33,640 nt of DNA. Source: Deltaproteobacteria bacterium TL4 (GTDB lineage Bacteria; SAR324; NAC60-12). The stretch is from assembly GCA_051382335.1 (NCBI GenBank), contig JBBCAX010000174.1, forward strand, positions 1-33,640, given 5' to 3'. Below the pieces are notes generated by a model. The model was given only the letters and a program-made list of their open reading frames with translations. It searched no databases and had not been told where the DNA came from. Both the position numbers and the translations under genes were made by a program. Positions 1 to 8,023 of the stretch are shown here, piece after piece (the first letter of the stretch is position 1; each line of letters opens with the position of its first letter).

Positions 1-114
1 GCATTCCTAGAAGATAAAGACAAAGACAGAGAATATTAAGCAGAATTTCTAACGGAAAAATACACTGTGCCTTCTTCAGACGTCTTGCTGAAAGTTTTGA
101 GTCAAACGATAAAC

Positions 115-1626
115 GAGTGCAATTCAAGGCTGTTGAATAGAAAAAAAGCTAGATATATGATGTTTTTGACGTTATACATTAATTATTGGGACGGGAATAA
201 TTCTACTATGACGCTTGAGGAGAAGGCTATGGAAAACTACCAGGAACTAATCAATGATTTTAGCTTACAATTAAGTGCGGAGATCTTATCAAAGGAATCG
301 GAATTAAGAAAAAGAGTTCTGACCATTGACGGAGATATAGCGAATCTCACGAGAGATCTCAGTCGAGAGACGATTGCTAAAGTTCTGGATTCCATCGTTA
401 CTCAAGACGTAAAACAATATAGGGAGAAAGGACTGGGAGTTCACCGAACTACAGAACTTACTTACCACACGATTTCTGGAGAAATTCAGCTTAAAGCGCC
501 TTATTTGTGGAAAAAAAAAGGTAGAAAGCCATCATATTCTTAACGAGCTGGGAATTTATCATCAAGGCCGTAGTGAGATTGTTGAGAGAGCATTAGTCGA
601 TTTTGGTAGTGAAGAGTCCTTTAAACGAGCTGCGGAGCGTTTCGAGGAACATTATAAATTCAGCATCAGCGATAGTTCGATTAGAAGGAGTACCGAGGCC
701 ATCGGGCAAGAGTTCATGGAATATGTGGAAGATCAGTTTCAGGAGGCCTGTTTGAATTATGCGGAGAAACCTGTTTTTCCCGCGGTTGCGGAACTTTTGG
801 TAGAGCTTGATGGTTGTGAAATTAGGACTGGCAAATTAGTCGATATAGAGGGAACACAGGAAACCAAACCAATTCGAGGACTCGCTAAACAAACCAGGGA
901 GGTTTCTTGGAAAGATGTTCGAACGGGTTTTGTTCGCGGTATGGAAGACGTTGATAAAATTTATGTCGGCGGGCTGGAGAAGTATGAGGTATTAGGAAAT
1001 CAGTTGTTTGGGGCGGCAGTCATGAAAGGCTTGACGGAAACGAGTTCGGTTGTCGCGTTATGTGATGGGGGAAATGGTATCGATCAAGAATTAGCACGTC
1101 AATTTGCGGATAGAGAGAATTATCTCTTTATTCTTGATAAGACCCATTTAAAAGATCATCTTTACGAAACCGCCGAGGAATTAGGCCTGAAACCTGGCGA
1201 GGAGCGAAGTCCATGGGTAAATTCCATCCTCGAACGGGTGAGTGCGGGAAACTACCAGGAAGTCAGGAAAGAACTTCAAGAATTGTATGCTCAAAACGGC
1301 AATGACAGGCTGAGACGACTCTTGGGTTACATGGAGCGTTTTAAAGATTCGATAGATTATGAGCATTTTAAGGAACAAGGATATCCCATAGGTTCAGGCG
1401 AAGTGGAAAGTTCTCATAAGTTAATTGCCCAAAAAAGGCTGAAAATACCTGGTGCTTGTTGGTTACTTGAAAACGTGAACCCTCTGTATGCAATAAGGCT
1501 CGTTAAAGCCAACGGTTGGTGGAGCGATTTTTGGAAACAGAGGGGAGAGAAAAGCAAGTCGGTAGTAAATTGATGGAACTATTTGACCATCAAAGTCAAC
1601 TTCATCAACAGCCTTGAATTGCACTC
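115..1626 (+). mobile_element. Insertion sequence, ISKra4-like, 1512 bp
   Basis: Perfect 22-bp terminal inverted repeats GAGTGCAATTCAAGGCTGTTGA (115-136) and TCAACAGCCTTGAATTGCACTC (1605-1626) enclose a DDE transposase. No target-site duplication is visible. Confidence 0.88.
208..1573 (+). CDS. ISKra4-like DDE transposase, split by a +1 frameshift at A9 (511-519)
   Basis: ORF from ATG 208 (MTLEEKAMENY...) stops at 543. The +1 frame is open from the A9 run (KVESHHILNELGIYHQGRSEIVERALVDFGSEESFKRAAERFEEHY) into ORF 716-1573, which has the motifs ELDG, LCDGG, LDKTHL and YPIGSGEVESSHK...RLKIPGACW. Confidence 0.82.
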
Positions 1627-1682
1627 CTATGGGGAGGTTCAAAATAGCAAAAAAATACTTTCTGAGAGAAATTCAGCAGATA

Positions 1683-1796
1683 CTACTTATGCTCAACTTC
1701 TATTCTCGGACAGCCACCTTGTTCGACCCTTTTCGTGACGCCACGAAAAGGATCCGCAGTCGCATGGTGTTGCAAGCTTTGCGGTTGTTTCTCCAT
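1683..1796 (-). pseudogene. DinD/Bro-N-like protein remnant (37 aa)
   Basis: Starts at a TGATG overlap with the upstream nuclease gene. MEKQPQSLQHHATADPFRGVTKRVEQGG resembles the DinD-like segment 'DHFxxVTKMVxxG'. The ORF terminates early. Confidence 0.45.
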
Positions 1797-2791
1797 CACT
1801 CCAACCCCTTAATCAGCCGCTTCTCCCGCTCAATCTCGGCAATCAGTTCGGCCTCGGTGGGGAGGATGCGTTGGTATTTGGAGGCAAACAGATGTTTGTT
1901 TTCCTGGATGACGGAGTATTTGACGATGGTTTCGTCTTTGCTGTCGCAAAGAATAATGCCAATGGTGGGGTTGTCGTCTTCGCCGCGTTTGAGGTCGTCG
2001 AACATGCGCACATACATATCCATTTGGCCGATGTCTTGATGGCTGAGCTTTCCGGTTTTCAGGTCGATAATGACAAAGCATTTAAGCAGGTAGTTGTAGA
2101 ACACCAGGTCCATGTAAAAATGGCTGGTTTCGGTGCTGATGCGCATTTGCCTGGCCACAAAAGAAAAGCCCTTGCCCATTTCCAACAGAAATTTTTGCAG
2201 CTCATCAATAATGGCCTGCTCCAGTTTATTTTCTTTTAACTGGCCAGTTTCCGGCAGTTGCAAAAACTCCAGCACATAAGGATTTTTAATGAATTCTAAA
2301 TGGGCAGCCGTGCTAATTTTTTTTGTTTTACGGGCTTGCGTTGACAGCAAGCGCTCAAAGTTTCGGGTTTTAATGTTACGCTCAAGTTTGCATACCGTCC
2401 AGTTTTGCTCACGGGCCTCTTTGCAATAATAGTCAATGGCGTGGGGTGACTCGACCCGCATGATCAGGCGCAGGTGGCTCCAGCTTAATTCTCTACACGC
2501 TGTGTAGAGAATCTCCTGGTTGGGGAATTTTAGGTAAAACTGACGGCAGTTGTACAAATTAGCGTAAGAAAACCCCTTGCCAAAATCGCTGGTTAAGGCA
2601 GCAGAAAGGTCTTCTATCAAGCGTTTGCCGTATTCGGCTTTAAGCTGTCCTTGCTGTTCTTCCTCCACAATCCGCTGACCCATCAGCCAGTAGGCTTCCA
2701 CCATGGCGGCATTCACCGCCGAGCGCACTTTGCCGCGCGCCTGCTCAAGGATGTTTTTTATATCACTGTGGAACGATGTTAAGGCATTCAT
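1796..2791 (-). CDS. YhcG/DUF1016 family PD-(D/E)XK nuclease-domain protein
   Basis: Motifs AYWLMGQRIVEEEQ, YGKRLIEDLS, LSWSHLR, PYVLEFL, FLLEMGKGFSFVARQ, DLVFYN, IIDLK, GQMDMYVRMFD and NPTIGIILC. Overlaps the hsdS stop, a common position in type I RM loci. Confidence 0.93.
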   Translation of the reverse strand: MNALTSFHSDIKNILEQARGKVRSAVNAAMVEAYWLMGQRIVEEEQQGQLKAEYGKRLIEDLSAALTSDFGKGFSYANLYNCRQFYLKFPNQEILYTACRELSWSHLRLIMRVESPHAIDYYCKEAREQNWTVCKLERNIKTRNFERLLSTQARKTKKISTAAHLEFIKNPYVLEFLQLPETGQLKENKLEQAIIDELQKFLLEMGKGFSFVARQMRISTETSHFYMDLVFYNYLLKCFVIIDLKTGKLSHQDIGQMDMYVRMFDDLKRGEDDNPTIGIILCDSKDETIVKYSVIQENKHLFASKYQRILPTEAELIAEIEREKRLIKGLE

Positions 2792-3140
2792 GTGCTCACC
2801 TCATCAGACGCGGGAAACAATTGTTGCATCAAACCTTTTTTATGGGTTTTGAGGGCTTCGACTTTTAGGCTTTGCGCGCTGATGAGTTCATCAATGCTGG
2901 ATAGGCCATCTGCGATTTTTTGCTGTTCTTTTAGGTGAGGAACTCTGATTGGCATGTCAGTAATCATTGCCATTCTGACAGAATCGACAGAGTTTTTTGC
3001 AGTTAACTGCATGACTCGGCTATAAAAGTGCTCCGAAAAATAATGGAATACGAATCTGCCTGAAACACTTTTTTTGAATTCGTAAATGCAATACACTCTT
3101 TGGTGAAAATCAAATTTTCCATTGATGTAGTGAAAGTTTT
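2788..3140 (-). pseudogene. hsdS: Type I RM specificity subunit HsdS, C-terminal fragment
   Basis: Reads NFHYINGKFDFHQRVYC...P.LKEQQKIADGLSSIDELI...LKTHKKGLMQQLFP (end of a TRD plus the conserved helix). The 5' part is cut at the IR starting at 3141. Confidence 0.88.
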
Positions 3141-3365
3141 GGTAGTGTCCCAGATTGACTTACAAATCATAAATAAATGGTTGTATTATCAGTAGTTTAA
3201 AAATAGCTTCAATTCTTGATTCTGGCTATGTGTCTGAAGCCTGACAGCGAGACCTTATTATTCCTCGATAAGGTGTTTTCCATAGCCGAGGTTCCATGTT
3301 TAGTTATTTTATTTAACTAATTGATATCATAATACAATGACTGTAAGTCAATCTGGGACACCACC
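3141..3365. mobile_element. MITE-like non-autonomous element (225 bp)
   Basis: 24-bp terminal IRs GGTAGTGTCCCAGATTGACTTACA (3141-3164) and TGTAAGTCAATCTGGGACACCACC (3342-3365) with one mismatch. AT-rich non-coding interior. GGnnnTG termini resemble IS1-family ends. Confidence 0.8.
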
Positions 3366-3613
3366 CGATGTTCGATGCTGCACAGAAGATGAGGGTAGCA
3401 CTACTCAGTCCGCGAAAGAACTAAAAAACTGGATCATTGAGATAAACTTAGCTAAGTTTGAATTGTCTCTGATAGATTCCAAGTGAGACGTCTGCATTAT
3501 TCAAGTTGATGCGAAAGAACCTTTTTTGAATTCCCACCACAATGGCTGTGACGGGGAAGTTAATGATTATGTAAGAAAAATAATAAATTATTAAATATTG
3601 AAAGGACATCCAA

Positions 3614-4654
3614 ATGACATTTCAAAATGGAAACAACCGTCCGGGAGGCTATGGAGAGCCAAATATTGATGAGTTGCTCAATCAAATACAGAGTCGGTTC
3701 AAGCAAATGCTGCCCATGGGTGATCTAAAGGGAATTATTATCCTGGGGCTCATCGCACTGGTCGGCTTGGGTGCCTGGACTTCTTATTACACGGTACCGA
3801 GCGATTCTGTGGCTGTGGTGCAACGTTTCGGGGCCTATCTCTATGACGTTCCGCCCGGTTTGCATTTCAAGCTACCTTTAGGTATAGACGAGGCTACTCT
3901 CATTCCGGTCAAACGGCAATTGAAGCAGGAATTCGGATTTTCCACCCCAGGTTCCCAGGATCCCTTTCAAGTTACCCACGACGGAAGGCGAGAAACGGAG
4001 ATGGTGACAGGCGATTTGAATGCCGCCTTGGTAGAATGGGTGGTTCAATACCGCATTTCGGATCCCGTTAAATTTCTGTTCGAGGTTCGGAATCCCAGTG
4101 AAACCCTACGCTACGTGTCCGAGTCCGTCATGCGGGAAGTGGTCGGTGATCGCACCGTGGACGAAGTGATTACCATTGGCCGCCAGGAAATCGAAACGGA
4201 AGCGCTGATCAAGATGCAGGAACTTTCTACCAAATACACCATGGGGATCAGTATCGATCAGGTCCAATTGAAAAATATCAATCCTCCTGTACCGGTGCAG
4301 GCTTCGTTTAACGAGGTCAACCAGGCTCAGCAGGAAAAAGAGAAACTGATCAACGAGGCCCGGCGCGATTACAATAAGGTGATCCCACTGACTGAAGGTG
4401 AAAAAGATCAGCGTATCCGTGAGGCCGACGGGTATCGGCTCAAGAGAATTAATGAAGCGGAAGGGGATGTCGCTCGATTCAATGCCTTATTGGCTGAATA
4501 TACCAAGGCCCCGGAAGTCACTCTCCGTCGCATCTATATTGAGACACTGCAAGAAGTCATGCCGAGCATACGCGGCAAGATCGTGGTTGATGAACAAATG
4601 CGTAACCTCCTTCCCTTGCTAAATATTAATACACAGAAAGGAGAAAAACTATGA
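3614..4654 (+). CDS. hflK: FtsH protease modulator HflK (SPFH domain)
   Basis: N-terminal 'PNIDELL' plus a TM helix, VVQRFG, PGLHFKLP, MVTGDLN, VQASFNEVNQAQQE, A.GDVARF, YTKAPEVTLRRIYIET. RBS AAAGGA upstream. Confidence 0.93.
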   Translation: MTFQNGNNRPGGYGEPNIDELLNQIQSRFKQMLPMGDLKGIIILGLIALVGLGAWTSYYTVPSDSVAVVQRFGAYLYDVPPGLHFKLPLGIDEATLIPVKRQLKQEFGFSTPGSQDPFQVTHDGRRETEMVTGDLNAALVEWVVQYRISDPVKFLFEVRNPSETLRYVSESVMREVVGDRTVDEVITIGRQEIETEALIKMQELSTKYTMGISIDQVQLKNINPPVPVQASFNEVNQAQQEKEKLINEARRDYNKVIPLTEGEKDQRIREADGYRLKRINEAEGDVARFNALLAEYTKAPEVTLRRIYIETLQEVMPSIRGKIVVDEQMRNLLPLLNINTQKGEKL

Positions 4655-5652
4655 ATGATATCAAAAAAATCGCCCTCTTAGCTCTTTTGGGGTTAGGGAC
4701 GTATACCGGGATGAGTTCGGTTTATACGGTCAGCGAAGTCCAACAAATGATTATTACCCAGTTCGGAAAACCTGTCGGTATCCCGGTGATTTCCGCTGGT
4801 CTAAAGTTCAAAGTACCCTTCATTCAAGACGTCAATCCAATTGACAAGCGCATCCTCGAGTGGGATGGCTCTCCATCGGATATGCCCACCAAGGACAAGC
4901 TTTACATTTCCGTAGATCTGTTCGCTCGCTGGCGGATTACCGATCCCCTCCAGTATTTCTTGCGGATGCGGGATGAACGGAGCGCCCAGTCTCGATTGGA
5001 CGACATTTTAGGCAGCGAGACCCGTAACGCCATTGCCAAGCATGAGTTGATTGAGCTCATCCGTACTACCAAGGATCGCGTGCCCTTACGTGACGCTCTC
5101 CTGACCGAGGCGGAACGGAAGCAGGATATTGGAGCCTTGGTGCCAATTGTGAATGGACGAAAACAGGTCGAGCAGGATATCTTTAACGCCGCAGCTGAGA
5201 AGGTTCGAGTGTTTGGGATTGAATTGCTCGATATCCGCTTCAAGCGGATCAACTACAACGAAAGCGTGCGTCCGAAGATCTACGATCGAATGATCAGCGA
5301 ACGGCGGCAGATAGCCGAACGCTTTCTGTCCGAAGGTAACGGCGAGGCCGCCAGAATCCGAGGTAATCGTGTGCGGGACTTGAATAAAATTCAATCCGAA
5401 GCATACCGGCAGGTCGAAGAGATCCGTGGGACGGCAGACGCAAAAGCCACCGAAATATACGCCAATGCCTACAATCAGAGTCATGAAGCAGTGGCCTTTT
5501 ATGAATTCACACGGACCATGCAATCCTACAAAGCCATGATCGGCGAAAATACCACCCTGGTACTTTCCACAGACAGTGACCTCTTCAAATTTTTGAAGGG
5601 GATCCCGGTAGCCAACGGCATTTTGGACACCCGTTCTGGAGGTAAAAAATAA
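4651..5652 (+). CDS. hflC: FtsH protease modulator HflC
   Basis: IITQFGKPV, GLKFKVPFIQ, DKRILEWD, FARWRITDP, IYDRMISER, FYEFTRTMQSY, LVLSTDSDLFKFL. ATGA overlap with hflK. Confidence 0.93.
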   Translation: MNDIKKIALLALLGLGTYTGMSSVYTVSEVQQMIITQFGKPVGIPVISAGLKFKVPFIQDVNPIDKRILEWDGSPSDMPTKDKLYISVDLFARWRITDPLQYFLRMRDERSAQSRLDDILGSETRNAIAKHELIELIRTTKDRVPLRDALLTEAERKQDIGALVPIVNGRKQVEQDIFNAAAEKVRVFGIELLDIRFKRINYNESVRPKIYDRMISERRQIAERFLSEGNGEAARIRGNRVRDLNKIQSEAYRQVEEIRGTADAKATEIYANAYNQSHEAVAFYEFTRTMQSYKAMIGENTTLVLSTDSDLFKFLKGIPVANGILDTRSGGKK

Positions 5653-5661
5653 GGCTCAATC

Positions 5662-5806
5662 TGGATCCAGAGGCTTAAACAGAATGTGCTATTGGAAACA
5701 ATGGAAATGTCCGGGAACACGAGCGAGGCAATTCCTCAAACTCAAGGTTTCCAAGCAAAATGCCATTATGGTTGATCTCAATCGGAAAGGATATTGGAAA
5801 CTCTCG
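5662..5806 (+). pseudogene. Group II intron reverse transcriptase/maturase domain-X fragment
   Basis: 5684-5806 translates MCYWKQWKCPGTRARQFLKLKVSKQNAIMVDLNRKGYWKLS, matching the maturase pattern 'RMxxWKQW...TR...L.KLG......SRKGYWRLS'. A frameshifted 'WIQR' lies just upstream. Confidence 0.72.
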
Positions 5807-5992
5807 GTACTGTGCGATAACGTTAGGACGAACTGTTCTTTTCAAGAGTCTATGCTATAAGGTTCGTTTCTCATGAACAGGAAGGAGCGTAAAATGGACT
5901 TGGATTTTGAAAAATATAAGAGCGAGCAATTTTGTGACAATGCCCAATGCGACCATTATGGTCAAAAGGGAGGTGGCAATATTGCTCAATAA
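5806..5992 (+). mobile_element. Truncated IS1-family-like element: putative left end plus transposase N-terminal fragment (5894-5992)
   Basis: GGTACTG at 5806 lies where maturase similarity stops. RBS GGAG, then MDLDFEKYKSEQFCDNAQCDHYGQKGGGNIAQ*, resembling the 'C.N..C..YG..G.GNI' zinc-ribbon start of IS1-like transposases. Confidence 0.5.
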
Positions 5993-6022
5993 TATGGGTG
6001 GAATTAAGAGAGGATCATTCAT
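5976..6022 (-). pseudogene. Probable 5' stub of a GNAT toxin (partner of the DUF1778 antitoxin)
   Basis: An ATG overlapping the antitoxin stop gives MNDPLLIPPILLS, then runs into the opposite-strand IS1-like fragment. The call is positional (DUF1778-GNAT operons), not from GNAT motifs. Confidence 0.35.
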
Positions 6023-6305
6023 CGAATACTCCTGGTTCCATCAATAACTTTTTCAGCCCAGAAATATCTTTAGGAGGAGCATCAAGAGCATCACAAAAAG
6101 TGCTCCATTCTTCCTCAGACAAAACAAAATGATTTTTCTGCGCTAGTATTTCATATGCAGTCTCGCAGGCGTTTTCTAAGACAAAGTCACTTACCGTTGT
6201 ATTTTTTATCTGAGCAGCTTGGGAAAGCAATTTCTTCTGATCGGTATTGGCACGTATATTAAGCCTTGTAGTCTTGGGTTTCAATTGTCATGAGGATTCT
6301 TGCAT
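6015..6305 (-). CDS. DUF1778 (TacA/AtaR-like) ribbon-helix-helix antitoxin, with in-frame TGA at codon 6
   Basis: KTTRLNIRA...KKLLSQAA...TVSDFVLENA...LSEEEWSTFCDALDAPP...LKKLL. A strong RBS (AAAGGAG) precedes ATG 6305, but TGA at 6290-6288 interrupts it. The open frame is 6284-6015 from TTG. Confidence 0.85.
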
Positions 6306-6336
6306 AGGATGCTCCTTTTTGACTAGGTTTTCTAGA

Positions 6337-6385
6337 TGTACTCACATTGTGTTTAAAGTTTAACATCTTGTACTCACAATGTACA
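6337..6385. promoter_or_regulatory. Putative antitoxin operator repeats
   Basis: Direct repeats TGTACTCACATTGT (6337-6350) and TGTACTCACAATGT (6369-6382). The second extends to the palindrome TGTAC-N7-GTACA (6369-6385), directly upstream of the RHH antitoxin. Confidence 0.6.
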
Positions 6386-6537
6386 ACAATAAATTTAAAA
6401 ATCTATACGATACAAGAACAAAAACGGAAAATAACAAGGCGCTGAACACCGAACTTTTGGGCTGAAAAAGGTATCTCTAACAAAGATGTTCGCTCATATT
6501 GGTTTTGAGGGGTAATCTCCCTTTTTAGACAAAGCAT

Positions 6538-6747
6538 TTCCGAAAGCATGCGCCTTACCAGCGTTTCGGTATTGGTGTTTTCCTCCACGCAGCCTTCCTG
6601 AAACTTGTTGAATTCCTCGCGGGTTTGGCGGTCGAGGTCTTTGCGATCGACCACAAACAGGCATTTTTCTATGTCGGGGTTGTCTTTGAGCAGGGTTGAT
6701 GCTTTGAAGGAAGTGAGTGTTTTGCCCGAGCCTGTGGTGTGCCAGAT
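6538..6747 (-). pseudogene. hsdR: Type I restriction subunit HsdR, internal fragment
   Basis: [20 protein letters not shown]...[13 protein letters not shown] (helicase motifs I and Ia). About 70 codons, truncated on both sides. Confidence 0.9.
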
Positions 6748-6748
6748 A

Positions 6749-6865
6749 TTTACTTCCAAATTTTAGGAATAAGGTTCAAGGAACAAGGCTCAAGGAACCC
6801 ATTGATTTTACTTGCACCTTGAGCCTTGCACCTTGCACCTGGATTCCATTAAAGTCGGAAGTAAA
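6749..6865. repeat. 117-bp imperfect palindrome with heptamer repeats (MITE/REP-like)
   Basis: Termini TTTACTTCC/GGAAGTAAA. Left arm AAGGTTC-AAGGAAC-AAGGCTC-AAGGAAC; right arm CTTGCAC-CTTGAGC-CTTGCAC-CTTGCAC. Confidence 0.75.
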
Positions 6866-6956
6866 ATGGGAACAAAAAATAATTAACAAAGGTCGGAATA
6901 TTCATCATCCCAGCTTAAGTGAGTAGCCGGATCAGGACTGATTTGCCTCTGCGCCT

Positions 6957-7850
6957 TCAACGCCGCTCGTGATAGGGTTCAATATGAATGAGCGCGTCAA
7001 TAATTCCAATATCTGAATCCACCAGGATGTGTTCGACGGCCGTCGCAATATCGTGACCTTCTTTGATATTAAGTTGAGGATCTATTTGTATATGTAAATC
7101 AACGAAGTAGGCAGAAGAAATAGACCGGCTTCTGATTTTGTGAGTCCCTTTTACACCAGGGATAGCAACGGTTAACTCTTCGATGCGTTTGACAATAGCC
7201 TTATCCGCTCCTCTTTCCAATAAATCCTGAATAGGTTGAGACACGATACTCCATGTCGCATGGAGAATGAATAGGGCCACAGCCGCTGTTGCGACATGGT
7301 CAAGAAAAGCCCACGTCGGGAAAAAATAAGCTGCGGCCACAGCCACAGCCACCGGAATTGAGGAGAACGCATCGGACCGGTGATGCCACGCGTTGGCAAT
7401 CACTGCGGATGATTTAACTTTTTTACCGATCTTTATTGTCCAACGATAGAGCCATTCTTTTACGACGATTGAAACAATGGCGACCACAAAGGCCATCATC
7501 CCAGGGTGTCCCTCATGCAATTCCTGGAGGGTCACGATAGAATTATACCCTAACCCCAAGCCCACCATCCCCAGAGCAACCCCAATCACTATCGTTACAA
7601 AAGATTCCACCTTCCGATGACCATAGGGATGTTCCACATCCGGAGCCTTTCCCCAAAACCGTGCGCCAACCAACACCACAACGTCCGTTACCGAATCGGA
7701 GAGACTGTGTACAGCGTCCGCAATCAGTGCCTGACTTTGTCCAAAATATCCAGTTAAGGCTTTAACCGTTGAAAGCGCGATGTTAATTAGGAGGCCAATC
7801 ACGGTTACTCGATTGACTTCCTTCACTTGATCAAGATTGTTCTGTTCCAT
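6957..7850 (-). CDS. Cation diffusion facilitator (FieF-like) metal transporter
   Basis: SQALIADAVHSLSD, PDVEHPYGHRKVE, ANAWHHRSD, C-terminal VDLHI...HDIA...IHIEP. About six TM segments. Confidence 0.93.
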   Translation of the reverse strand: MEQNNLDQVKEVNRVTVIGLLINIALSTVKALTGYFGQSQALIADAVHSLSDSVTDVVVLVGARFWGKAPDVEHPYGHRKVESFVTIVIGVALGMVGLGLGYNSIVTLQELHEGHPGMMAFVVAIVSIVVKEWLYRWTIKIGKKVKSSAVIANAWHHRSDAFSSIPVAVAVAAAYFFPTWAFLDHVATAAVALFILHATWSIVSQPIQDLLERGADKAIVKRIEELTVAIPGVKGTHKIRSRSISSAYFVDLHIQIDPQLNIKEGHDIATAVEHILVDSDIGIIDALIHIEPYHERR

Positions 7851-8023
7851 TTGTCCTCTGAATTCCTGAAGAAAAGCAAAAATAGAGTCTCATCATAAAA
7901 TGAGCCTTTTGATGGGAAAAGGGGATCCCCTGCCACGAAATTTAGTGACAAGAAAACTCCGGATTCGCATCTGTGTCTTAGATGGCATAAAAACAAATCC
8001 ATACTCAAGCAAAAACATGGATT

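Noticed and set aside
1..207. 5' extension of ORF 67-543 and a possible gene fragment at 1-114
   Set aside because: The GTG start at 67 lies outside the IS left IR (115), so the extension is read-through across the junction. The 1-114 frame has an internal stop and is too short to assign.
1728..1751. Perfect 10-bp hairpin CCTTTTCGTG/CACGAAAAGG as a terminator
   Set aside because: It lies inside the dinD-like remnant (encoding FRGVTK) and lacks a U-tract on either strand.
6430..6500. ATAACAAGGCGCTGAACACCGA resembles the start of an integron attC site
   Set aside because: No complementary L'/R' arm with GTTRRRY at a suitable distance, and no integrase or cassette array.
6771..6840. Heptamer repeats as a CRISPR array
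   Set aside because: The units are 7 bp with no spacers, and there are no cas genes.
6957..7850. CDF as magnetosome MamB/MamM
   Set aside because: No other mam genes are nearby, and generic FieF-like motifs suffice.
7851..8023. Possible metal-sensing riboswitch upstream of the CDF gene
   Set aside because: No NiCo or yybP-ykoY consensus recognisable by eye; an Rfam scan would be decisive.
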